Origin: Planctomycetota bacterium
GTDB taxonomy: Bacteria > Planctomycetota > UBA8108 > SXIK01
NCBI GenBank assembly: GCA_965223845.1
Contig: CBDCXR010000004.1
Location: forward strand, 4,960,001-5,024,000
Length of the DNA stretch: 64,000 nt
Reading direction: 5' to 3'
This document shows positions 1 through 10,622 of this stretch, in pieces. A model generated the notes under the pieces. That model was not told the origin of the DNA. It ran no database searches and was given only the letters and a program-made list of their open reading frames with translations. Both the position numbers and the translations under genes were made by a program. The stretch's first letter is position 1; each line of letters starts with the position of its first letter.

Positions 1-1545
1 GATGTCCCGGTCCGGAGAGATCGCGTCCTCCGCTGCGACTTCGTTCTCCATGAGCGCGGTCGGGTTGAGGACGACGCGATCTCCTTCGTCGAGACCGGCA
101 CGAATCTCGATGAACTTATCGTTCGTCTCGCCCAGGGTCAGAATCCGCCGCTCGATCCCGTTTCCGTTGTCGACGTAGCACCAGTTGTCACGCCGAATCT
201 GAACGACCGCTTGGACGGGTACGCTGATGACGTCGCGGAGGAGATCGACGTGGATTTCGCAGAGCGCAGTCATCCCCGGCTTGAGGTGGTCGACTCTCTC
301 GGTGATCTTGACGATCGTCGTATAGATCTTCGCCTTCTCTTCGGCGTCGGGAAGCACGGAGACCGAGTCAACCGTGCCGTCGTAGCTCCGCTCGGGAAAC
401 GCCTCCACCCGGACCGTCACCGGCAGCCCACGGTGAATCTGATCGAGGACGGATTCGTGAATGCTCGCTTTCACCTGCATCCGACTGAGATCGGGGATGG
501 AGAGGAGGTGATCGCGGAGCTGGACGGTCGACCCCTCCCGAATCCCGGGGTGCCACCGGCAGACGTGGTACGCCACCATGCCGGACTTGGGCGCGTAGAT
601 CTTGCAGTTCTCTATGTACCGCTCGTAACGGGCCAATCGCTCCTCTTCCTTTTTTAGGGAAGCGTCCGCAGCTTCCATCGCCGCCCGCGCTTGATCGAGG
701 AGCGCCTGGTTGTCGAGTGTCAATTGATCGAGCGCGCGCTGCGCCGATTCCCAGGCGCCGCGCAGCGCGATCTCCGTCTTCTGGTACTGATAACCGACGA
801 GTTTTTTTCGCTTCGAGACCGCTGAAGCGAGGACGCGCTCCGCCTTGAGTGCGGACAGTCTCGCCTGCGCGAGCTCTCCGCTCGTTCGGTATCTCAAGCG
901 GTAGAGCTGCTCGACGCCCTCAAGATTCGTCTCCTCGATGAGCTTGCTCGCTCGGGCTTCCTGGATCGCGAGCTCGACTTCCTGGAGATTGATTTGGAAG
1001 GTTCCTCCTTCCTGGTCGAGAAACTCGTCGTAGTCGAGCTTCGCCAACTGCACGAGGCGATCGGCTTCGAGCTCCGAGGTTTCGTTCTGAGTCTGCTGGT
1101 TGTTGAACCAAACATTGGCCGTGATCTGCTCCGATCTCGCCTTCTCGGTGGCGATGATCTGACGGTCGCGCCGCTCGATGTGGCCGGCGGTATTGAGCTC
1201 GACTAGAAGTTGATCCTTGGCGACGGACGATCCGTTGGGGACGACGAACTGAACCTGCGTCCCCCGCAAGTTGTCGTTCTCGATGTCGTCGACATCGCAA
1301 ATGATCCTCTCTTCGTGCTGGCTTTCGAGGTTGCCGCGTTCGGTCACGGTGATCGGGAGATCGGCACGCTTGACGACGTAGTAAATCAGTAGTTGATCGG
1401 GTGAACCGAGGCTCGCGTGGATGGCGAACGCGGTCACGACCGCCGCGATGCCGATCGTAGCGACGATGAGCCCCGCGAGAATCTTCCTCTTGGGTTCCAC
1501 CGCAGCCGGTCCGCGCGTCGAGCGGTTTTCAGAACCCGAACTCAT
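1..1545 (-). CDS. HlyD/efflux RND periplasmic adaptor (membrane fusion protein), 3' end runs off the window
   Basis: Manual minus-strand translation from ATG 1545 stays open to position 1. It has an N-terminal TM segment (ILAGLIVATIGIAAVV), LPITVTERGNLES, a long coiled coil, CKIYAPKSGMVAY, IPDLSRMQVKASIHE, LKPGMTA and GLDEGDRVV. It is absent from the ORF track because it has no stop in the window. Confidence 0.9.
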   Translation of the reverse strand, partial: MSSGSENRSTRGPAAVEPKRKILAGLIVATIGIAAVVTAFAIHASLGSPDQLLIYYVVKRADLPITVTERGNLESQHEERIICDVDDIENDNLRGTQVQFVVPNGSSVAKDQLLVELNTAGHIERRDRQIIATEKARSEQITANVWFNNQQTQNETSELEADRLVQLAKLDYDEFLDQEGGTFQINLQEVELAIQEARASKLIEETNLEGVEQLYRLRYRTSGELAQARLSALKAERVLASAVSKRKKLVGYQYQKTEIALRGAWESAQRALDQLTLDNQALLDQARAAMEAADASLKKEEERLARYERYIENCKIYAPKSGMVAYHVCRWHPGIREGSTVQLRDHLLSIPDLSRMQVKASIHESVLDQIHRGLPVTVRVEAFPERSYDGTVDSVSVLPDAEEKAKIYTTIVKITERVDHLKPGMTALCEIHVDLLRDVISVPVQAVVQIRRDNWCYVDNGNGIERRILTLGETNDKFIEIRAGLDEGDRVVLNPTALMENEVAAEDAISPDRDI

Positions 1546-1612
1546 AGAGATCTCGCACTCCCGTCGGAACAGCTTCGCCGCGCTCGATCCTTCGTCCTGC
1601 TCGGAACTGCCG

Positions 1613-1621
1613 TGCTACAAT
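1613..1621 (+). promoter_or_regulatory. Putative extended -10 promoter element (TGcTACAAT) for the kinase-ECF operon
   Basis: TG-n-TACAAT lies about 60 nt upstream of GTG 1683 in a divergent intergenic region. No clear -35 element. Confidence 0.35.
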
Positions 1622-1682
1622 ACGGACGAACGAAGTCGCTAGAGAACTTAACGCCGGGGCGTTACAGAGGCATTGAGCTGAA

Positions 1683-3659
1683 GTGGACGCGTTCTTCGAT
1701 CCGAACATCTGCCCCCCGACCGACGTCCTTCGGGCGTTCGCGATCGGCGATCTAGACGGGCGACAGCTCGAAGAGGTCGCGGAGCACGTAGCGGATTGCC
1801 CGTCGTGCGAAGAGTCTCTCGCCGCCTACGACGACTACGCCGACGCCCTCGTGTCGGAGTTGAAGGACGGTTCGGCCTCGCGCGGATCCTCATCGATCAC
1901 GAGTGACGTTCTCGAAGCCGTCGAGGTCGCCGTGGCGACTCGCGGAACCGGTGCGCGCACGACGTCTCGATCGCGGTCGCGATCGAGCGGCGCGTTCGAT
2001 CCCGGCCGAGCCTTTGCGAAGCGTCTGGCCGACGGTCCGGTTCGCCTCGGGCGATTCGAGCTCAAGACCGAGCTCGGCGCCGGCTCCTTCGGCTACGTCT
2101 TTCACGCGCGCGATCTCGAGCTCGACCGCGACGTCGCAGTCAAGATCGGTCGAGCCGGTTGTCTCGGGGGTGAACAGGACGTCCACGCGTTCCTTCGCGA
2201 AGCGCGCGCCGCGTCGCAGCTTTCCCACCCGAGCCTCGTCGCGATCCACGACGGCGGTCAAACCGATGACGGCGTGTGCTTTCTCGTCAGCGAGTATATC
2301 GAAGGCGAAACTCTCGCCGCTCGGCTGCGCCGCGAGGTCTTCACGCCGGATCGCGCCGCGAGACTCATCGCGGATCTCGCCGACGCCCTCGAGTACGCCC
2401 ACGCCCGCGACATTGTTCACCGCGACGTCAAGCCGTCGAACATCCTTCTCGACGAAGACGACCGTCCGCACCTCACCGACTTCGGTCTCGCGAAGCGGCT
2501 GGCGGCCGACCAGAGCCCCACCGCGAATGGACTCGTCCTCGGCACGCCGGCGTACATGTCTCCCGAGCAAGCGCGCGGCGAATCGCACGCGGTCGACGCG
2601 CGAAGCGACGTCTACAGCCTCGGAGTCGTCCTCTACGAGATGCTCACGGGTGAGCGACCGTTTCAGGGGCGCGATCGACTCGCGCTCCTCCAAATGCTCG
2701 AGGAAGAACCTCGCCCGCCGCGGGTGTTGAACGCTAGCGTTCCGAAGGACCTCGAGACGATCTGCCTGAAGGCGATGGCTCGAAGTCCCAGTCGGCGTTA
2801 CCCGGCGGCCAGCGAGTTCGCGGCCGATCTCCGACGGTTCCTCGGAGGTGACGCCATCGCAGCGCGCCCCGTCGGTCGAAGCGAGCGACTCTGGCGCTGG
2901 TGCCGGAGGAATCCGCTCGCCGCGAGCGTGATTGTCGCCGTTGCCACGGGCTCGATCGCAGGCTTCGGATTCCTGTCGCACCTTTCGACCTGGTTCGTGC
3001 AGGAGACGGCGCTCGACGGCGTGCGGCGCGAAGTCGACCTTCTCGAAGGGATCAACGCGTACTACAGCGAGGACGTCCTCGATCTCCATCGCCTCCCTCG
3101 AGCTCACTGGGACAAAGGCGAGGCGTCCGCAGAAGGTCGAGACGCGATCCAAATCACGCACGAGTATGCAAAGGTGGAAAATGCGCTTCCGTATCCGAAG
3201 ACGTTCACCATCGACGCCGCCGCACGGATCAACACGAACATTCCCGGCATGCAGGTGAAGCTCTACAGCCGGCATCCGTGGCGGCAGCACGACGGCCCGG
3301 CGAACGACTTCGAACGCACCGCGCTGACCGAGCTCCACGCAGGCAAGACACACGAAGGAGCACCGCTCGAGTACTTCGAGTTTTGGGAGGACGACGGCCG
3401 TCCGCTCGTGAGCTACGCGCGCGCCCAGATCATGAAGGACAACTGCGTCAACTGTCACAACACGCACGCGAGCAGTCCGAAGAAGGATTGGCAGGTCGGC
3501 GACGTCGCAGGGATCCTCGCCGTCACGCGTCCGCTCGATCGCGACATCGAGCGGACGCGGTCCGGCCTGCGCGGCGCGTTCTGTCTCGTCGCGACGATCG
3601 GTGCCGCGCTGCTCTCGCTGTCGTTCTTCTTTCGTCCCCGCCGACCGCGAGCTCGTTGA
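1683..3659 (+). CDS. Membrane Ser/Thr protein kinase with N-terminal zinc anti-sigma-like motif and periplasmic heme-c (DUF3365/Tll0287-like) domain
   Basis: EHVADCPSC (HxxxCxxC). Kinase motifs GAGSFG, VAVK, HRDVKPSN, DFG, GTPAYMSPE and SDVYSLG. Two TM helices flank a domain containing CVNCH and WQVGDVAGIL. Confidence 0.9.
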   Translation: MDAFFDPNICPPTDVLRAFAIGDLDGRQLEEVAEHVADCPSCEESLAAYDDYADALVSELKDGSASRGSSSITSDVLEAVEVAVATRGTGARTTSRSRSRSSGAFDPGRAFAKRLADGPVRLGRFELKTELGAGSFGYVFHARDLELDRDVAVKIGRAGCLGGEQDVHAFLREARAASQLSHPSLVAIHDGGQTDDGVCFLVSEYIEGETLAARLRREVFTPDRAARLIADLADALEYAHARDIVHRDVKPSNILLDEDDRPHLTDFGLAKRLAADQSPTANGLVLGTPAYMSPEQARGESHAVDARSDVYSLGVVLYEMLTGERPFQGRDRLALLQMLEEEPRPPRVLNASVPKDLETICLKAMARSPSRRYPAASEFAADLRRFLGGDAIAARPVGRSERLWRWCRRNPLAASVIVAVATGSIAGFGFLSHLSTWFVQETALDGVRREVDLLEGINAYYSEDVLDLHRLPRAHWDKGEASAEGRDAIQITHEYAKVENALPYPKTFTIDAAARINTNIPGMQVKLYSRHPWRQHDGPANDFERTALTELHAGKTHEGAPLEYFEFWEDDGRPLVSYARAQIMKDNCVNCHNTHASSPKKDWQVGDVAGILAVTRPLDRDIERTRSGLRGAFCLVATIGAALLSLSFFFRPRRPRAR

Positions 3660-3665
3660 GCGCCG

Positions 3666-4310
3666 ATGTCGATCGATCGCCCACCCCCGAAACCGCAACT
3701 CCGCGACGTCACCGCGACGACGCGGAGCCTCATCGTCGGCCTCAAAGGTCAGGACGACGGAGCGTGGATGCGACTCGTGCGACTCTACACTCCGCTCGTT
3801 TACCACTGGTGCCAACGACACAATCTCTCGCACGACGACATTTTGGACGTCGTTCAAGAAGTGTTTCGAGCGGTCGCCGAAAACATCGATCGATTTCGAA
3901 AGGAGCGGACGGGCGACACGTTTCGCGGCTGGCTACGCGTCATCACTCGAAGCAAGGCGATGGATGTCCACCGGCGCTCTCGCAACGAAGTGCGCGGAGC
4001 GGGCGGAAGCGAGGCGCTTCGTCGACTCGAGGCGATTCCCGCGCCGGAAAGAGCGGTCGACGCGGAAGCTGACCGCATCGACGACACGGAAGCGAAAACC
4101 ATTCTCTTTCGTCGCGCGCTCGAGCTCGTGCGGGAGAACTTTCGCGAACGGACGTGGACGGCGTTCTGGCGCGTCGTCGTCGACGAACGTACTCCCGCCG
4201 AAGTCGCCGACGAGATGGGAATGAACCCGGGCGCGGTTCGAGTCGCGAAGAGTCGGGTTCTGCAGCGGCTTCGTCTCGAGCTGGATGGGGAGCTCGATCC
4301 ATCGGGCTAG
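3666..4310 (+). CDS. ECF-type RNA polymerase sigma-70 factor (planctomycete kinase-associated type)
   Basis: AWMRLVRLYTPLV, DVVQEVF, TFRGWLRVI and region 4 PAEVADEMGMNPGAVRVAKSRV. Starts 6 nt after the kinase. Confidence 0.92.
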   Translation: MSIDRPPPKPQLRDVTATTRSLIVGLKGQDDGAWMRLVRLYTPLVYHWCQRHNLSHDDILDVVQEVFRAVAENIDRFRKERTGDTFRGWLRVITRSKAMDVHRRSRNEVRGAGGSEALRRLEAIPAPERAVDAEADRIDDTEAKTILFRRALELVRENFRERTWTAFWRVVVDERTPAEVADEMGMNPGAVRVAKSRVLQRLRLELDGELDPSG

Positions 4311-4487
4311 CGCGGCGGCGAACATCCCGGGAGTCGCGTGTCACTTGACGCGAGCGAGCAGCACTCGGCCCGCGGAGGATTCTTGTTCCCCGGCGCCGCT
4401 TCTTCCTTCGAGCCGTTTTCTAAATCCCTTGCGCGAAGCGTCCTTCTGCACGTTGGCCAATCGCCGATCTCGGGGCGGCGACCAGAC

Positions 4488-5462
4488 CTACTGCGACCAC
4501 TCCGTCGGCTCTCGATCCCAACGATGACTCGCTAGCTCGGCGAGCAATGGCTTCGCCAGTGGCCCCGCGTCGCTCACTTCGATGTTGGCTTCGACGTGCT
4601 CAATCTTCCTCATGCCCGGGATCGTCGTCGCGATGCGCGGCTCGCTCAGGACGAAGCGGAGCGCCATCTCCGCCATCGTCATTCCTGCGGGCACGAGCGG
4701 CTTCAGCGCATCGCCGTGCTCGACGCTCGAGCGCAAATTCTCGGGCACGAAATACGTGTTTCTCCAGTCGCCGTCGGGCCATCGACTTTCGAGCGTGAGG
4801 TTTCCCGTGAGTGTTCCTTCGTCGAACGGGACTCGCGCGATCACGGCGACGTCGTGTTCCGTGCACGCGGGGAGCAGCTCGTCCTTCGGGTTCTGATCGA
4901 AGATGTTGTAGATCACTTGCACCGCGTCGACGACACCGCGCTCGACCGCACGCACGCCGTTCCACGGCTCCCACCGATTGACGCTGATCCCGATCGCGTG
5001 GATCTTGCCCGCGTCCTTCAGCCGAAGGAGCGCGTCGAGCCAGCGGGCGTCCTCGAGCCAGCTGTCCTCCCAGGTGTGGAGCTGCATCAGATCGAAGGAT
5101 TCGAGCTCGGCGTTCGCCAGACTCAAGCCTACATACTCCTCGACGTGGTCCGGCGGAAAACAGTCGTCGACCGAAAACTCGCGCCGACTCGGCCAACGAA
5201 AGTTCTTCGGCGGGATCTTCGTCGCCGTATAAAGCTTGCGATCGTCGTTAGCGCGAAGAAGCCGACCGAGCAAGCCTTCGCTGTGCCCCTCGCCGTATCC
5301 CCACGCCGTGTCGAAGAAGTTGCAGCCGAGCTCGACCGCTCGCTGAAGCGATCGAAGGGATTCGTCGTCGTCGGATCCCGTCCAGCCTCCCATTCCCCAC
5401 ATGCCGTAGCCGATCTCGCTCACCTGCCATTCGGTTCGACCGAACCTGCGGTACTGCATCAC
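4488..5462 (-). CDS. Aldo/keto reductase
   Basis: VSEIGYGMWGMG, FFDTAWGYG, IYNIFDQ, ALRFVLS and TIPGMRK. Confidence 0.93.
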   Translation of the reverse strand: MMQYRRFGRTEWQVSEIGYGMWGMGGWTGSDDDESLRSLQRAVELGCNFFDTAWGYGEGHSEGLLGRLLRANDDRKLYTATKIPPKNFRWPSRREFSVDDCFPPDHVEEYVGLSLANAELESFDLMQLHTWEDSWLEDARWLDALLRLKDAGKIHAIGISVNRWEPWNGVRAVERGVVDAVQVIYNIFDQNPKDELLPACTEHDVAVIARVPFDEGTLTGNLTLESRWPDGDWRNTYFVPENLRSSVEHGDALKPLVPAGMTMAEMALRFVLSEPRIATTIPGMRKIEHVEANIEVSDAGPLAKPLLAELASHRWDREPTEWSQ

Positions 5463-5489
5463 TCGCTCCGCGCTGCCGATTGACGTCGT

Positions 5490-6974
5490 CTACTCCCCGC
5501 CCGCCGGCTTCTCCGGCTCGGTGTCACCCTTGACTTCTCCCGCAGGCCGCGTGTGCAGCTGGAGATCAAAGTCGAACGCACGTGCGGTGCGATCGAGGAT
5601 CTCGACGATCTCGGGTTCTGACGCCGCGAGGTTGTTCGATTCGGCGATGTCGGCTTCGAGGTCGTAGAGCTCGGCCGGAGTCACCTTGGGCGGCGCGTCG
5701 GGACGGTTCTTCCTCGGCCGCTGCGTCTTCTCGAGTCGGAGCTTCCATCGTCCGCTGCGCACGGCTTCGAGTCGTCCCCCACGATAAAAATAGAAGGCTT
5801 CGTGTGGACTCCTAGCGTTGCTCGCTCCGACGAGCAAACCGCTGATGTCTCGACCGTCGATCCTTCGCCTGCCGGAGAGCGTAGCTCCGGCGAAGTTTGC
5901 GAACGTCGGGAGCAGGTCGAACGTCGCGGCGACCTCGCGGCAAACCGTTCCCGCCGGAATCCGTCCGGGCCACCGCGCCAGAGCTGGGACGCGCATGCCT
6001 CCCTCGTATGTGCTGAACTTCCCCGCGCGAAGCGGCAGCGCCGACCCGCCGTGATGCTTCATCCCGAGCCAGGGCCCGTTGTCCGACGTGTAGAAAACGA
6101 GCGTCTTCTTGTCGAGACCCGTTCGCTCTAGCGCCGCGAGGATCGTCCCGACCGATGCGTCGATCTCCTCGATGACATCGCCGTACGGCCCTCCCTTCGA
6201 CTTCCCTTTGAACTCGGGCGGCGAGAAGAGGGGAATGTGCGGCATGGTGTGCGCGAGGTAGAGAAAGAACGGCTTCTCTCGGTTCTTCTCGATGAACGAG
6301 ACCGCCTCGGAGGTGTAACGACTCGTCAGCGTCACCTGCTTCGCAGGACGCTCGATGATCGCCTCGTCACGCAGGAGCGGCACGTTCCAGAACGACGCGT
6401 CATCGGTCGCGTACGCGTGATCGAGTCCCGCAACGCCCTTGCCCGGACTCTTCACGCGGTCCATGTCGTTCGAGTACGGGATGCCGAAATAGGAATCGAA
6501 GCCCTGACGCGTCGGAAGGAATTCCTTCCGGTGACCGAGATGCCATTTTCCGACGCAGGCGGTCGCGTAACCGCGCGTTTTCAAGACGTCGGCGATCGTC
6601 TCTTCGTCCGGATGAAGCCCGATTCGATGGCGGGGAAAGAGGACACCCGTGATCCCGACGCGCGGCGGGTAGCAGCCGGTGAGGAGTGCCGCACGCGACG
6701 CCGAACAGACCGGTGCGAGCGCGTAAAAGTCGGTGAACCGCACGCCCTCACGGGCAAGGCGATCGAGGTGAGGAGTCCGGATCGTCTCCGATCCAAAGCA
6801 CCCGACGTCCTGGTAGCCCTGGTCGTCGACGAAAATGAGAACGAAGTTCGGCCGCTCCCGCTTCGGGGGCGGTGATCCCTCCGCGGAGAGTGCGTGCCGG
6901 TCCGCAAGGAGCGCTCCGAACACAGCGAGAACGACCGTCAACCGAGATCTCGATCGAGGTCCACGGCCCGTCAT
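5490..6974 (-). CDS. Secreted sulfatase (formylglycine-dependent arylsulfatase family)
   Basis: PNFVLIFVDDQG, CSASRAALLTG signature, GKWHLG and SDNG. Start set at ATG 6974, which overlaps the upstream stop (ATGA) and precedes a signal-peptide-like segment. Confidence 0.93.
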   Translation of the reverse strand: MTGRGPRSRSRLTVVLAVFGALLADRHALSAEGSPPPKRERPNFVLIFVDDQGYQDVGCFGSETIRTPHLDRLAREGVRFTDFYALAPVCSASRAALLTGCYPPRVGITGVLFPRHRIGLHPDEETIADVLKTRGYATACVGKWHLGHRKEFLPTRQGFDSYFGIPYSNDMDRVKSPGKGVAGLDHAYATDDASFWNVPLLRDEAIIERPAKQVTLTSRYTSEAVSFIEKNREKPFFLYLAHTMPHIPLFSPPEFKGKSKGGPYGDVIEEIDASVGTILAALERTGLDKKTLVFYTSDNGPWLGMKHHGGSALPLRAGKFSTYEGGMRVPALARWPGRIPAGTVCREVAATFDLLPTFANFAGATLSGRRRIDGRDISGLLVGASNARSPHEAFYFYRGGRLEAVRSGRWKLRLEKTQRPRKNRPDAPPKVTPAELYDLEADIAESNNLAASEPEIVEILDRTARAFDFDLQLHTRPAGEVKGDTEPEKPAGGE

Positions 6975-9900
6975 TCCCGAGCCTGCCACTCGATGGTCCA
7001 TTCGCACGAATCGTCGCCTCCCATCGTCTTGAAGATCACGGTTCTCGCTGCTCGATCGTAGATCCAACCGTCACCGCCTCGATCGAGCTCTTCACTCGAT
7101 GTCTTCTCCGCACCGGCACCCGAAACCGAGTCCGGCCGATCGACGGGCGCGAGCGATGCGTACGTCGAGTGCTCGCGGTCCGCGACGAGTCGGCAGCGGA
7201 GACGCCGACCGGATCGATCCACCAGGACCTCGAACTCGCGCGCCGGAGCGCTAAAGAACGCGCGCGAAGCGCGAAGCGCAACGACGCGAGTTTCGATCTC
7301 CGGCGACCGCCCACGCAGGCGGAACTCGTTGAGAAGAATATTCTCCGGATTGATATCCGCCGGTCGCGGCTCGTTCGCCTCGAGACTCCACGAATCGGGA
7401 TAGCAGCCCTTCTGCGGCCCGTCGGTGTACTGCTGCCACATCGCGGAGTTCACGATGCCCTGAGCAATCTTGCGCCAGTCGAGGTCGGCGTCGAACTCCG
7501 CGCGCGCGCTCAGCTCGCTTAAATCCTGCAGCGCGTAGGCGTAGACGAGTCCGCACCAGACGACCGGCAGCCCGAGCCACGAGTGCCGAAAGAACGTCGA
7601 CCCGATCACCGAGACGACATTGTAGCGCATCGTGGGATGCCCCTCGAGATTCCAGAGATAGAGGAACGGCAGTCCGGTCCACGCCCAGTAGCGCGCACGG
7701 CGGAGGAACTCGCGATCGCCGGTGATTCGATAGGCCTCCGAGTACGCGCGGATCGCGTAAGCCGATGCGAGGATGTCCGGTTGATAGAGCGGGCACTCCC
7801 ACATCTGCGCACCGCGGGGAACGTCATAGCGATCGAACTGCTCGATCGCGGCGAGCGACTCGCGAAGGAGCGCGGCGTCACCCGTGAGACGCGCAGCGCG
7901 AAGCGCGACGAACGCCGGCAGCGCCGCTTGACCGAGCGTGTGATCTCCGGCCTTCCCGAGCGACGCGTGCCGCTCGCTCGAGGGACGCCAGACCCAAAGT
8001 CCGTTCTCTCGACCGCGAAGGAGCTCTTCGGCGTGACGGCGGAAATCGTCGAGGGACTCGGGAAGAGCGCCCGCGAAGTAGGGCAGCTCGCCGAGAGCGA
8101 TGTGACAACCGTCGCGACGCCATCGTCGCTCGCGCGGGACGCGCTCGAGCACCGCGCCGACGCGCCGCTCGATCTCACCCCGTACCGCGCTCGGAACGCC
8201 GGCGCGGAGATCGAGCAGAAGCGGAAGCGAGTGGCCGACGAAAGGCCCCTTCGGCCAGCCGTGGCAGTGGCTCCAACCCGGCGGATCGTCCGCCCAGAGC
8301 GTGTCGAAGTAGGCGTGTCGAGAGAGCGCGCGTTCGTCGCCCCACGAACGAGGCTGAGGTGACGGCGCGGGAAAACCGTACTGATCGAACCAAAAACGGA
8401 ACGACTCGAGCACGAGTCCGCCGCGTCGCGGTCCGCGCGCAACGGAGCTCGTCGCATGACGCGATCGGTGGTCGAGCGCGAGAACCGCCTCGATCGTGAG
8501 CTCCGCACCCGCGGCGATGGCAACCGGCGTCGTCGCAACATAGGCGTTCTCCGGCCGAAACTCGCCGACCGGAGGAACACTGAGGGAGAGATGGTGATGC
8601 TCGTAGCCGTCGTTCGGCTGCGGCGAATGAAAACGTGCTGCGAGATGGCGACGCGGCTCGCTTCGAGTTTTCATCCACGCCGAGCTCGGCGGCCAAAGAA
8701 GCGCGACGAGCTGATCGTTCGCCTCGATCGCCATGAGCGTCGTTGCGATCTTGTACGTCGCCGGGACGCGGCGATCGCTCAGCGGAAACGCGAGGTCCCG
8801 CTCGGAAGACGACGCCTCACCGGCCGCGAGGTACTCGAGACCGGGAAAGATGGCGAACGATTTCTCCGCGCCGAACGATCGATCCCCCGCGAGCACTCGC
8901 GGCCCCGCGAACAGGTACACGTCTCCGCTCGTCCCCGCGACGAGTCGCGTCGTCCAACGAAACGAGCTCCCCTTCGCGTCGGGACGGAGATCGATCTCGA
9001 CGGGCCACTCACTCCGCCCTACGCGAAACGATCCGCGGAGACGCAGGGCGCCGGACGCGCCGATCTCTTCCGGCGCCTTGGTCAATCGGAACGGCGGCTG
9101 GAGCGGAGTTGCTGATTCCCGTCGCGTTCCCTTCGCATCGACGAGGAGTTCCGCGAGTGGATAGATCGAAGCCGAGCGATGCCACCGGCCGTCGGCGTCG
9201 CGGCAGTCGGCGAACGCGTAGGCGCGTCCGTCGCGTTCCACGACAAGACGAACGCGGGCCGATGCCGTCACGACGGAGTGCACCGCAACGCTTTCGCCGG
9301 ACGTCGACTCGACGTCTCGGTCCGGATCGCGCTCGAAGACGAAGAACCGCGTCCGGACTCTTCCGTTCACCGTGACGCGACCTTCCCCGCGCTTCCTGCT
9401 GACGACGCGCCGGACCGCGCGGATCGTCCGCGCCCCGGGGTCGAGAGCTCCGACGGAGATTCTTCGGCGGTCCACCGCCCCCTCCGTCTCGCACGCGACT
9501 TCGATCGAGGTCGACGGTGACGTGGGACCGAGCCCCGCGTTCCTAAGATGTACGACGACGTTGAACGGACGATCACGCGTGACGAGGGGAGAGCTGAGCG
9601 CGACGTCATCGACGACGAGCTCGGGCGCGAACGGCGCGCCCCTGACCGACTCGACGCGGGCGTCGCCGCTCTCGACATTCACGCTCACCGGCGCCGCATG
9701 ATCGAACGCGATCGGCCAGATATGTTCGCCCGGCGAGAAAGCACGCTCCTCGCGCTTCGAGCCGAGCGCTAGTGTGAGCCGCGACGGCTCCGAACACTCG
9801 ACCCGGGCGAACGCCACTCCGACCGCCCCTTCGAGAAGCACCGGCTCGGGCGCCAGGAAATCGATCCCGTTCGACAGCGCTAGGACGATCGGTTGTCCGA

Positions 9901-10438
9901 AGACGCTCCAGTCGTAGGCGGAGTTGCCGTCGATCGAATCCGTAACGAGAGCGATCTCGATCGCCTCACCCGCCCAGGCATCGAGCGCGATCGCCCGATC
10001 GCGCCAGCCGTCTCCGCTGATCTCCTCGGCGAACGCCGCGGAGCCGTTCACACGCACACCGAATCGAACGCCATTCGGACGACCCGTCTCCCAAGGGACG
10101 TCGTCACGGAAGCCGATCCGAAAGTAGAAATAGACCGATTCCTGCGGCCGTCGCTCGGGTAGCTCGAGCCGCGCCGACGTATACGTCGCCTCCGTGCTAG
10201 TCGTCGGGTGGAGAAAGATCCCCGGAAGCTCACGCCCGCCAGCGCGCTCGGCGAGGCTAGCGGACGCCGCTGCGGCACCCTGCGCGCGCGACGAATCGAA
10301 ATCCTCTACGAGGTCGCCGAGAACGCGAAGCGACGCGTCGGGCGACGCGAACACGACGACGGGATTGCCGAGCGCAACGGCGGACGTCGCGGCGAGAAGG
10401 CAGAGTGGACGAGAAAAAAAGGAGAGCGAGCCCATCAC
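6971..10438 (-). CDS. Large secreted hypothetical protein (CARDB-like Ig module; Trp/Tyr-rich helical C-terminal region, possibly glycan-active)
   Basis: 1155-aa ORF with a signal peptide. PFNVVVHLRNAGLGP...GALDPG is CARDB-like. The C-terminal segment has PRGAQMWE, YWAWTGLPF and WLGLPVVWCG. Function not recognised. Confidence 0.75.
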   Translation of the reverse strand: MMGSLSFFSRPLCLLAATSAVALGNPVVVFASPDASLRVLGDLVEDFDSSRAQGAAAASASLAERAGGRELPGIFLHPTTSTEATYTSARLELPERRPQESVYFYFRIGFRDDVPWETGRPNGVRFGVRVNGSAAFAEEISGDGWRDRAIALDAWAGEAIEIALVTDSIDGNSAYDWSVFGQPIVLALSNGIDFLAPEPVLLEGAVGVAFARVECSEPSRLTLALGSKREERAFSPGEHIWPIAFDHAAPVSVNVESGDARVESVRGAPFAPELVVDDVALSSPLVTRDRPFNVVVHLRNAGLGPTSPSTSIEVACETEGAVDRRRISVGALDPGARTIRAVRRVVSRKRGEGRVTVNGRVRTRFFVFERDPDRDVESTSGESVAVHSVVTASARVRLVVERDGRAYAFADCRDADGRWHRSASIYPLAELLVDAKGTRRESATPLQPPFRLTKAPEEIGASGALRLRGSFRVGRSEWPVEIDLRPDAKGSSFRWTTRLVAGTSGDVYLFAGPRVLAGDRSFGAEKSFAIFPGLEYLAAGEASSSERDLAFPLSDRRVPATYKIATTLMAIEANDQLVALLWPPSSAWMKTRSEPRRHLAARFHSPQPNDGYEHHHLSLSVPPVGEFRPENAYVATTPVAIAAGAELTIEAVLALDHRSRHATSSVARGPRRGGLVLESFRFWFDQYGFPAPSPQPRSWGDERALSRHAYFDTLWADDPPGWSHCHGWPKGPFVGHSLPLLLDLRAGVPSAVRGEIERRVGAVLERVPRERRWRRDGCHIALGELPYFAGALPESLDDFRRHAEELLRGRENGLWVWRPSSERHASLGKAGDHTLGQAALPAFVALRAARLTGDAALLRESLAAIEQFDRYDVPRGAQMWECPLYQPDILASAYAIRAYSEAYRITGDREFLRRARYWAWTGLPFLYLWNLEGHPTMRYNVVSVIGSTFFRHSWLGLPVVWCGLVYAYALQDLSELSARAEFDADLDWRKIAQGIVNSAMWQQYTDGPQKGCYPDSWSLEANEPRPADINPENILLNEFRLRGRSPEIETRVVALRASRAFFSAPAREFEVLVDRSGRRLRCRLVADREHSTYASLAPVDRPDSVSGAGAEKTSSEELDRGGDGWIYDRAARTVIFKTMGGDDSCEWTIEWQARE

Positions 10439-10622
10439 CCGGACATCCTAACCCGCTCGGTCGGGTTTCCTTTCGACGAACTGCCGCGGAGCGGAGTCCG
10501 GCTCGATCATCACGCTTTCGCGGGGCGCCTGCCGCCGTTACAGTGTTCGGCATCGCCGGGGGCCGTCTCGCGCCCGCCCGGCCCCACCGTCCAGGACGCG
10601 CCACTACTTGGAGCAACTCCCC

